A DNA stretch of 64,000 nucleotides from Acidimicrobiia bacterium. Its GTDB lineage: Bacteria > Actinomycetota > Acidimicrobiia > Spongiisociales > ZC4RG35. The translations under genes were made by a program, and so were the position numbers. The DNA lies in NCBI GenBank assembly GCA_965203555.1, contig CBDBCY010000004.1, positions 1,024,001-1,088,000 of the forward strand. Direction: 5' to 3'. Each line of letters opens with the position of its first letter. The stretch's first letter is position 1. The notes under the pieces were generated by a model. That model did no database searches and was not told the DNA's origin. It was given only the letters and a program-made list of their open reading frames with translations. Of this stretch, positions 1 to 7,842 are shown one piece after another.

Positions 1-839
1 GTGCCGGTTATCGAACCCCGACCTCCGGTCAGGGCCGTTCCTCCCACGATCACCGCCGCGATGATCTCCAGTTCCCTGCCCTGGCCCCCGTAGGGGAAGG
101 CCGATCCGGCCTGGCTGGTAAGAACCACTCCGGCCAGCGCCGAGAAGAACCCCGAGGCGAGGAATACACCCCAGGTGATCCTGGGCACACTGATTCCGGC
201 GCGACGCGCAGCTTCGGGACTGCTGCCCACCGCGTAGATGTGGGCGCCCACCTTGGTGTATCGCATCACGAAGCCGATCAGGACAAAGACCACCACCGTG
301 TAGAAGACAGGTTTGGGAATCCCGAGGGCCGATCCCTGCCCCAGGTTGACATAGGACTCGGCAGGGATGAATATCGATCTGCCTCCGTTTACCAGAAACG
401 CCACACCCCTGGCAATGAAGGCCGTGCCGATCGTGGCGATCAGGGAGTTGACCCGGAACTTCACGACGATCACCGCGTTGACGAATCCCATCAAAAGGCC
501 CACCACCAACGCCCCGATTATCGCCACCGGCACCGGCAGTTCCTGCACCAGCAGCGCCCCGGCGGTCATCCCCGACAGGCCCATCGTGGCCGCCACCGAC
601 AGATCGACGTTGCCGGAGATCAGCATCGGGGTGGAAACCGCCGCCACGATTCCGGTGATCGCCACCGCCCGGGCCACGTTCAGGAAGTTGCCCGCCGCGA
701 AGAAGTACGGACTGACCATGGTCATGACGATGCCGATAGCCACAATCGCCAGGGCGAGCCCGAGCGAACGCCGACCCCCGCCGACGTTCGCTCGGATCCT
801 ACGCCCGTAGCCACCTGAAGATGGCTTCTGGCCTATCAC
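1..839 (-). CDS. Sugar ABC transporter permease (RbsC-like), runs off the window edge
   Basis: Manual minus-strand translation gives SPYFFAAGNFLNVARAVAITGIVA..LISGNVDLSV and ELEIIAAVIVGGTALTGGRGSITG. GTG start at 839 inferred. Confidence 0.9.
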   Translation of the reverse strand, partial: MIGQKPSSGGYGRRIRANVGGGRRSLGLALAIVAIGIVMTMVSPYFFAAGNFLNVARAVAITGIVAAVSTPMLISGNVDLSVAATMGLSGMTAGALLVQELPVPVAIIGALVVGLLMGFVNAVIVVKFRVNSLIATIGTAFIARGVAFLVNGGRSIFIPAESYVNLGQGSALGIPKPVFYTVVVFVLIGFVMRYTKVGAHIYAVGSSPEAARRAGISVPRITWGVFLASGFFSALAGVVLTSQAGSAFPYGGQGRELEIIAAVIVGGTALTGGRGSITG

Positions 840-865
840 AGTTCGATAAGACCCCTAAATCGCTA

Positions 866-2113
866 TCAGCACTTCGCCTGGTCGATGGTCTCCGCGTCCA
901 CCACTGTGGCCTGAGGGTAGATCTCGGACGGAATCGGATTGCCCTCGGCAACGTCCTGGGCGATCGCGATGCCGTACTCACCCCAGAGTTGGGGGACGAA
1001 GTCCACCGTGGTGAGGAACGTGGGATCGTTGGCGCACAACGGACCAACCGACTCCTGGGAGAGTCCCACACCGCCGGCAATCGAGGTCTCGGCCCGGCCC
1101 GACTCACGGAGGGCGTTCACCATGCCCAGGGTCCGCAGGTCGTTGATGCCGAAGCCCATGATGTTCTGGGTGTCGGGATGGGCAGTCAACCAGTCGGCCA
1201 CGTTGGCCTGGTCGGTCACGATGTCGGAAGGACATTCGAGTTCGTGGATGTTGTCGTCGCCAACATCGAACGACTCCTTGACCACTTCTCGGAATCCGAT
1301 GATGGATGCGTAGGGACTGGTCCGGTCCTGCACGAAAGCGGAATGGGAGCAGAGAAGGACATCGACGTCGCCCGTCGTCCAGCCCCTGCCTTCCGCCACC
1401 GCAATCAGGTACTCAGCCGAGGCGCGACCAACGGCGTACCACTCGCCGCCTCCGAAGAAGGGATGGCCCTCATGCGGCACCGAGTGGGCGACGGCCGGGA
1501 TGCAGGCCTCTTTGTACTTGCCCATGATTGCCGGGTTGAGATTGGCCAGAACGTTCATCGAGAGGACCACGTCCGGATCGTGCTGGACGACCAGGTCGGC
1601 AACGACCAGCGGCTGCTCCTCGCTCGGATACTGGTTGTCGAACTCCGTCACGTCGGCGCCCGAGGCAGCGGCCGCCACCCGGAAGCTCTCATTCGCCACT
1701 ATCAACGTGTCGAAGACGTTGTCCTCGGGAGTCCAGGCAAACCGGTAGCCGGAGTCTCCGGCTTCCCGGAGCACTGCCTGATAGAAGTCGGGGTGGTCAT
1801 CGGTTTCGACGAACGAGCAACTGTCCTCGTCCCAGACGACCCATGTGGCTTCCGCGGCCTGCTCGGCGTTGGAAATGGTGGTGGGCAGTTCCATTATTAC
1901 TGCACCCAGGCCTCCCGCCGGAGCCGCAGTCGTTTCGGGTGCTGCGGTGGTTTCGGGTGCGGCAGTGGTTTCGGGTGCTGCGGTGGTGTCCGGCGCAGCC
2001 GTGGTGACGGGCGCCGCCGTTGTTTCGGCAGCATCGTCGCCGTCGCCACAGGCTGCAAGTACCAGTGATAACGACAACACCGTTGCGATAAACGCTCGTG
2101 AAAGCCGTGACAT
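866..2113 (-). CDS. Sugar ABC transporter substrate-binding lipoprotein
   Basis: Lipobox LAAC, TTAAPE linker, periplasmic binding protein type I-like C-terminus (GINDLRTLG), directly upstream of the permease. Confidence 0.85.
   Translation of the reverse strand: MSRLSRAFIATVLSLSLVLAACGDGDDAAETTAAPVTTAAPDTTAAPETTAAPETTAAPETTAAPAGGLGAVIMELPTTISNAEQAAEATWVVWDEDSCSFVETDDHPDFYQAVLREAGDSGYRFAWTPEDNVFDTLIVANESFRVAAAASGADVTEFDNQYPSEEQPLVVADLVVQHDPDVVLSMNVLANLNPAIMGKYKEACIPAVAHSVPHEGHPFFGGGEWYAVGRASAEYLIAVAEGRGWTTGDVDVLLCSHSAFVQDRTSPYASIIGFREVVKESFDVGDDNIHELECPSDIVTDQANVADWLTAHPDTQNIMGFGINDLRTLGMVNALRESGRAETSIAGGVGLSQESVGPLCANDPTFLTTVDFVPQLWGEYGIAIAQDVAEGNPIPSEIYPQATVVDAETIDQAKC
1921..2030. repeat. 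18-bp coding tandem repeat (TTAAPE linker)
   Basis: About 6 imperfect copies encoding ETTAAP/VTTAAP/DTTAAP. Boundaries approximate. Confidence 0.85.
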
Positions 2114-2235
2114 ATTCTTCTCCTCTTGAGGGATTTGTGTCCATTATTGCCAGGCCATCAGGCGATCGGGGGCCAAAGTCACATAATTTTTGGACGACCG
2201 CCCGGCGACAAACCCTGGTACCGTGGGTTTCGGGC

Positions 2236-3084
2236 ATGAGAACTCGATATTCCTGCGCTGATTACGGATGGCCGTCACTGCAGCATCGCACCGTGATGGC
2301 AGTGGCCAGTGACCTGGGTTATGACGGGATAGACATCGGGATCTTCGAAGACGTCACCCACACCAAGGTTTCAGATCTGAGGCACTGGCGGGAGAAGTCC
2401 GCCAGGATCAACAGGGATCTCAACACCATGGGACTGAAATGCGCCGATGTCTTCTTGATCCCGAGTGTCGATCTGTCCTGTCTGACGGCATCTCATCCGG
2501 ACCCCCAGGTACAGGCCGAAGCAATCAGGATCTTCGAACTGGCGGCTCTGTTTGCCCGAAGTCTGAAGGCGCCCGGCTTGACTATCTGCCCCGGGGTGGT
2601 ACACGAAGGGGATACCCGACAGCAGGCATTGCTTAGGGCCTCCGAGGCGCTTCGAGCGCGGGTGGACATAGCGTCCTTCAATGGACTCGAGTTGTCGGTT
2701 GAGCCGCATTGGGGATCATTGATCGACACGGCCGAGAGGGTGGGCGATCTGTTGGATGCAGTGGACGGGCTGAGCCTCACGCTGGATGTCTCGATGATGT
2801 TCTTTTGCGGGATGACTGTCGAAGAGATCTCCTCATTTGCATCCAGAACCCGACATGTCCAGTTCCGGCCGGGCAACCGTGATCGTGTTCAGGTACGGTT
2901 GGTCCACAACCAAATAGAGTTCGGGCCGGTCCTGGAAGCGCTGAACAACGCTTCCTACCGGGGGTGGCTGGGTACGGAATACGTTTGGATGGAGAGATGG
3001 GGATGCGACCAGGTCGACGTCACCGAAGAATCGAGACAACTCCTCAAGTCCCTCAAGGGAGAAAAGCCGCCCTCCATGCTGTAG
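2236..3084 (+). CDS. Sugar phosphate isomerase/epimerase (xylose isomerase-like TIM barrel)
   Basis: LGYDGIDI, LSVEPH, LTLDVS, HVQFR and YRGWLGTEY motifs. Start placed at ATG 2236. Confidence 0.8.
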   Translation: MRTRYSCADYGWPSLQHRTVMAVASDLGYDGIDIGIFEDVTHTKVSDLRHWREKSARINRDLNTMGLKCADVFLIPSVDLSCLTASHPDPQVQAEAIRIFELAALFARSLKAPGLTICPGVVHEGDTRQQALLRASEALRARVDIASFNGLELSVEPHWGSLIDTAERVGDLLDAVDGLSLTLDVSMMFFCGMTVEEISSFASRTRHVQFRPGNRDRVQVRLVHNQIEFGPVLEALNNASYRGWLGTEYVWMERWGCDQVDVTEESRQLLKSLKGEKPPSML

Positions 3085-3109
3085 TTGCCGAAAAGCGGTG
3101 AGTCCGCGG

Positions 3110-4135
3110 CTATTTACCTGGAAACATGATGGGTCTCCCGTGCTGTTCAGCCGATTCGTAGCAGGCGTCCACCAGGCGAAGCGTCAAGAGATTGTCCCGC
3201 CCCGAGATGAGCGGCTGCGCCCCGGTTCGGATGGCCTCCGTCACATGGCGCAAGGCCTTGGAGAAAGCGTCCGGTACCCACGAATCCGCGGTGCGAACCA
3301 GCGTGGGTTCCGAACCCGGGACTGCCTGGACCAAGAAGTCGGGACTGGGAATCGGGTAGGCGTCCCAGATCCCCAGATGCGCGAAGAAGAGTCCGTCTGC
3401 GGCCACGGCCCGCATCGAAGCCGTGTGGCTTCCCTCCGCCCGCCGGGAGTCCCGGATCGCCACCGACAAATGAGCAAACCGGAGTATTGCGTAGAAGGCC
3501 GACTCGCCGGCAATCCCCGGAATGTCGCAGGGGCCCACCCAGGCGCGGACCTCCTCCGGCTCACCGAACAGCCACCGGCAGGCATCCAGGAAGTGGATGG
3601 AATTGAACAGTCCCGCAAAACGCGGCGAGTCCGACAGCCAATCCGGCAGCCCATCGCCCCTTTCGATCAGCCACACCAGATCGAATGCAGCCGTGCGGAC
3701 CGACCGGCCTTCGGCGAACCGTTGAAAGTCGAGGATTGCCGGCGCCCACCTCATCTGCTGGTTGACCGCCAACACTCTCCCGCAGGCATCGGCCATATCA
3801 ACCAACCGGGCGGCGGCGCCGATGTCCGTTGCCAGTGGTTTCTGGGCAAGAACGTGCTTTCCCGCCTGCAGAGCGGCCATGACGACGTCCGGCTGTTGCT
3901 GTGGAGGAATCGCGATGTCTATCAGGTCGACTTCAGGGTCCGCCAACAAGGCTTCGATGACGGTGGCGGCAGGGACCCCCGCCTCCCGCGCCAACGATCC
4001 GCTCTTTCGGAAATCAACATCGAATATGCCGCGAAGTTCCACCACATCCGCGTTGTTGCGGTAAGCATGCAGATGCGCTGCCCGGGCGATTTCACCGGCG
4101 CCCACCAAGCCGATTCCCAGCCGACCGGATGTCAC
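3110..4135 (-). CDS. Gfo/Idh/MocA family oxidoreductase
   Basis: GLVGAGEIA Rossmann motif, AGKHVLAQKP, IHFLD. Confidence 0.9.
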   Translation of the reverse strand: MTSGRLGIGLVGAGEIARAAHLHAYRNNADVVELRGIFDVDFRKSGSLAREAGVPAATVIEALLADPEVDLIDIAIPPQQQPDVVMAALQAGKHVLAQKPLATDIGAAARLVDMADACGRVLAVNQQMRWAPAILDFQRFAEGRSVRTAAFDLVWLIERGDGLPDWLSDSPRFAGLFNSIHFLDACRWLFGEPEEVRAWVGPCDIPGIAGESAFYAILRFAHLSVAIRDSRRAEGSHTASMRAVAADGLFFAHLGIWDAYPIPSPDFLVQAVPGSEPTLVRTADSWVPDAFSKALRHVTEAIRTGAQPLISGRDNLLTLRLVDACYESAEQHGRPIMFPGK

Positions 4136-5331
4136 GAAGGCAACCGGACCTCGTGTACCAGTTCGTTACCGTCGATGAACAGCCGGCCGAGATCCCGCCC
4201 GTTGCCTTCGATCCCCTCACTGATCAGACCCACCAGGGTCTCGGTCCCCTCACCCGCCTCGCTCAAAGAAGGATCTATCAGCGCCTCCACCGCATTGCGG
4301 TAAATACCTGTCTCTCCATCGAATTCGTAGTCGTTGAGGCGTAGGTGGCAACGCCAGTATTCCTTCCAGGCGGCGCCGGCATCCGTGGTCATGCGAGGAT
4401 CCAATGCCGCGAACAACTCGTAACCGGAGCTTCTGACAACGTCCCGCATCGCCTCATGACCGAGGGAGTCCCGCACCTCGATCCACAGCAGCGCCAGCCA
4501 GAACCGGTAGACGTCGTGGATGGCGTCCCGCCATCCGAACAGGCACTCGTCAACCAACTCCCGGGCCTGGTCGCGGTCGCCGCTCTCCACCAGTTGGATC
4601 AAACGGTCGAGCGGATGAGTCGCTATCCATACCAGTTGTTCGTCGGTCAGCCAACGCTTCGGATCAGCGACCTTCAACCCCGGACCGCGGTCGGGCGGTG
4701 GCAGCTCGGCCCGCCGGTAGAACTCGTCGGGAGGGAGGTGACCGTCCTTGTATGTGTGCTGAAGGCAAATGCCCTGCTCTCGAAGAGGCGTCCAGCCCTC
4801 CACGATGAAAACGGCCTTGTTGTATCGGAGGGCGGCATGGCCCATCTCCGAGCAGTGATTGCAGTAGCTCGGATAGTCCGAAGACATGAACGTCGACAGG
4901 GTGGGACGCACCGAGAGAGGAAGCGCCCTACGTCCTTTATAGGCGCCTTCCTGGATCAAACGCATCCCGCTCCCACACGGACCCAGGATGAACGTGAACC
5001 GCTCCGGTTCCTCCACCAGCTCGAACTCGGTGGCGTGCCAGTGCCACCCCGCCGCGATGTTGTTCAGCCGCTGCATGATGGGTCCCTGGGAATACTGAGG
5101 TATTTCACCATCACCCATCAGATCCAGCACCACCCGTCGTCCAATGGCCTCCCCTTCCTCGGGGCCGGCGATCTGAATGCCTTCCGCCAGCGTGCGAGCC
5201 ACTGCATTGCGGAGCCCGTCGTGGACTATGACGTACTCTGCTCTGAGCAGATCGGCGATCAGGCGGCACCGGCCGGAATCTCCCGCCTCTACCGCTTCAA
5301 TCAGTTCTTCGAATCGCGTGGCGAGTGGCAA
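4132..5331 (-). CDS. Hypothetical protein with an internal repeat and Cys/His motifs
   Basis: TTG start after a purine-rich SD-like stretch, stop overlapping the next start, PCGSG and YCNHC motifs. Confidence 0.7.
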   Translation of the reverse strand: MPLATRFEELIEAVEAGDSGRCRLIADLLRAEYVIVHDGLRNAVARTLAEGIQIAGPEEGEAIGRRVVLDLMGDGEIPQYSQGPIMQRLNNIAAGWHWHATEFELVEEPERFTFILGPCGSGMRLIQEGAYKGRRALPLSVRPTLSTFMSSDYPSYCNHCSEMGHAALRYNKAVFIVEGWTPLREQGICLQHTYKDGHLPPDEFYRRAELPPPDRGPGLKVADPKRWLTDEQLVWIATHPLDRLIQLVESGDRDQARELVDECLFGWRDAIHDVYRFWLALLWIEVRDSLGHEAMRDVVRSSGYELFAALDPRMTTDAGAAWKEYWRCHLRLNDYEFDGETGIYRNAVEALIDPSLSEAGEGTETLVGLISEGIEGNGRDLGRLFIDGNELVHEVRLPS

Positions 5332-5554
5332 GACCCTTTCCTTTCCGCTTGGCCTTCCCCTTAGGTTTAGCTGTGATGGGTGTGCTTTCCCTGGCATCCT
5401 ACCGGGATGACCGGGTCTGATCCGGTCTGATGGTTGGTATTTTTTCTGGCCCACAACCGCCGAGACGGGACCAGGAAACACAGATGGAGGGAGGCAGACC
5501 TGATGAGGGCAGGGGGACAGTCGCAAAACACCTTCCCATATCTAAGCGGAAATA

Positions 5555-5594
5555 TATCAGATAATCTATGTGTTATATAGAATGTAATCTGATA
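5555..5594. promoter_or_regulatory. AT-rich nested inverted repeat upstream of hsp20
   Basis: TATCAGAT...ATCTGATA arms enclosing TCTAT...ATAGA in a divergent intergenic region. Confidence 0.4.
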
Positions 5595-5625
5595 CTTCTA
5601 CCCTCAAAAGAAAGGAAGTGCGCCA

Positions 5626-6015
5626 ATGTTGGCCAGGATCAATCCGCTCTTCGAGTTCCCTTCGGCGGTCTCCAACACGCTGCCGGCCGAGGTCTACCTG
5701 GTGGACGACAACTTCGTGGTGACGCTGGACATGCCGGGAATGGACCCCGAGGTCATCGACGTGGAGGTGTCGAAGAACACCCTCACCGTCTCCGCCCAGC
5801 GGGACACCGCCGGGGAGCGTCCCGAGAACGCCCGGGTGTTCTTCGTGGAGCGTCCCAGCGGAAGCTTCCGCCGCAAGTTCGTGATCGGCAGCGATCTCGA
5901 CATCTCGGAGACGACCAGTTCCTACGAGAACGGCGTCCTGACCCTCACCATCCCGGTGGCGGCCTCGTCACGGCCCCGCAAGATTCCGATCGCCACCCAA
6001 CAGAACGGACAGTAA
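5626..6015 (+). CDS. Hsp20/alpha-crystallin small heat shock protein
   Basis: LDMPGM, ERPSGSFRRKF and SYENGVLTLTIP motifs, AAGGAAG SD. Confidence 0.95.
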   Translation: MLARINPLFEFPSAVSNTLPAEVYLVDDNFVVTLDMPGMDPEVIDVEVSKNTLTVSAQRDTAGERPENARVFFVERPSGSFRRKFVIGSDLDISETTSSYENGVLTLTIPVAASSRPRKIPIATQQNGQ

Positions 6016-6071
6016 AGACAGCCGACCCATAACCGCAGGCCGGAGAGAGGGGTGTCCCTAAACTCCGGCCT

Positions 6072-7367
6072 GTGGTTTTCAACGAAGAGGCGGCGGGTTT
6101 CTCCACCCGGGCCATCCATGCCGGGCAACCGCCCGATCCCGAGACGGGCGCTCGGGCGATGCCGATCTACGCCACCAGTTCCTTCGTCTTCGAGGACGCG
6201 CAGTCGGCCGCCGACCTGTTCGCACTCCAGAACTACGGGGACATCTACACCCGGATCAGCAATCCCACCACCTCCGCCTTCGAGGAACGGCTCGCCTCCC
6301 TTGAAGGAGGCCTGGGAGGCTTGGCCACCTCGTCCGGCCAGGCAGCCCAGTTGGTGGCCGTGCTCACCCTCTGCAAGGAAGGGGATGAGATCGTGGCCGC
6401 CCGCAACCTGTACGGGGGCACCATCACCCAGTTCGACGTCACCCTGCGGCGCATGGGTATCCATACCACTTTTGTGGACGCCTCACGCCTTGAGAACATC
6501 GAGGACGCCATCACGCCTCGCACGAAGCTGGTTTACGGTGAGACGATCGGAAACCCTCGCGGTGAGGTACTGGACCTGGCGCCGATCGCCGATCTCGCCC
6601 ACTCCCATGGGATTCCCCTGATGATCGACAACACCTTCGCCTCGCCTTATCTGTGTCGGCCTTTCGAATGGGGAGCGGACATCGTGGTCCACTCCGCCAC
6701 CAAGTTCATTGGCGGCCACGGCGTGGTCATCGCCGGCGCCATCGTGGAGTCGGGCCTGTTCCCCTGGGACAACGGCAACTTCGGGGTGATGACCGATCCC
6801 TCACCCGCCTATCACGGCCTGCGCTTCTGGGAGAATTTCCGCGAATACGCCTATCTCACCAAGGCCCGGACGGAGTTGCTGCGCGATGTGGGCGCCGCCA
6901 TCTCACCATTCAACTCCTTCCTGCTGTTGTTGGGCTTGGAAACGCTGCCGCTGCGGATGGAACGACACGTGCAAAACGCCCGGGAAGCGGCATTCTTCCT
7001 GGCCGACCATCCCGCTGTCTCCTGGGTGAGCTATCCTGTCTTTCCCGACAGCCCGGGGAAGGACCTGGTGAAGAAGTACACTCCTGCCGGTCCCGGCGCC
7101 GTTTTCACCTTCGGGCTCAAGAAGGGATACGATGCGGGCGTGCGTTTCATCGAATGCGTAAGGCTGGCCAGCCACCTGGCCAACGTGGGAGACACCAAGA
7201 CACTGGTGATCCACCCCGCTTCGACAACCCACCAACAGGTTTCGCCGGAAGCTCGCGCGGCGGCGGGAGTGGGAGACGACACCATCCGCATCTCGGTGGG
7301 CCTGGAGGACATCGAAGATATCCTTGCCGACCTGGAAGGCGCGCTGGGGGAGGCTGCCCGTGTATAG
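6072..7367 (+). CDS. metY: O-acetylhomoserine aminocarboxypropyltransferase/sulfhydrylase
   Basis: YTRISNPT, IDNTFA, PLP lysine motif HSATKFIGGHG, LANVGDTKTLVIHPASTTH. Confidence 0.92.
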   Translation: MVFNEEAAGFSTRAIHAGQPPDPETGARAMPIYATSSFVFEDAQSAADLFALQNYGDIYTRISNPTTSAFEERLASLEGGLGGLATSSGQAAQLVAVLTLCKEGDEIVAARNLYGGTITQFDVTLRRMGIHTTFVDASRLENIEDAITPRTKLVYGETIGNPRGEVLDLAPIADLAHSHGIPLMIDNTFASPYLCRPFEWGADIVVHSATKFIGGHGVVIAGAIVESGLFPWDNGNFGVMTDPSPAYHGLRFWENFREYAYLTKARTELLRDVGAAISPFNSFLLLLGLETLPLRMERHVQNAREAAFFLADHPAVSWVSYPVFPDSPGKDLVKKYTPAGPGAVFTFGLKKGYDAGVRFIECVRLASHLANVGDTKTLVIHPASTTHQQVSPEARAAAGVGDDTIRISVGLEDIEDILADLEGALGEAARV

Positions 7368-7842
7368 ACATCCCAACGACGCCACCGCCGCCGAGCGGCT
7401 GGCCATCCTGCGCCGCACCCGCACCGTTGCCCTGGTGGGCGTGTCGGCCAACCCGCTGCGTTCCTCCAATTTCGTCACCACCTATCTGATCCGGACGCCC
7501 TACCTGATCTATCCGGTCAACCCGGCCTACCCGGACGTGCTGGGGATCTCCACCTATCCCAGCCTGGCCGACCTGCCCGAGCCTCCCGACATCGTGGACG
7601 TCTTCCGCCGACCCGAGTACCTGCCCGGCGTTGTGGAGGAAGCCATCGACGTGGGCGCCAAAGTGGTGTGGTTCCAGCTGGGGCTGCGCCACGAGGAGGC
7701 CGCGGCCCGGGCCCGGGAAGCAGGTTTGCAGGTCGTCCAGGACCGTTGCCTGAAGATCGAGCACGCCCGGTTTGCCGGAGGTCTGCACGCCGCCGGATTC
7801 AATACCGGTTTCATCTCCTCGCGCAGGCGCCGGCCGATCTGA
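7360..7842 (+). CDS. CoA-binding protein (YccU-like)
   Basis: VALVGVS, YPVNP, DIVDVFR, WFQLG, VVQDRCLKIEH. GTG start overlaps the end of metY. Confidence 0.9.
   Translation: MYRHPNDATAAERLAILRRTRTVALVGVSANPLRSSNFVTTYLIRTPYLIYPVNPAYPDVLGISTYPSLADLPEPPDIVDVFRRPEYLPGVVEEAIDVGAKVVWFQLGLRHEEAAARAREAGLQVVQDRCLKIEHARFAGGLHAAGFNTGFISSRRRRPI

Noticed and set aside
5530-5625. CIRCE or HAIR heat-shock operator before hsp20
   Set aside because: Neither TTAGCACTC-N9-GAGTGCTAA nor CTTGAGT-N7-ACTCAAG is present, only an unrelated inverted repeat.
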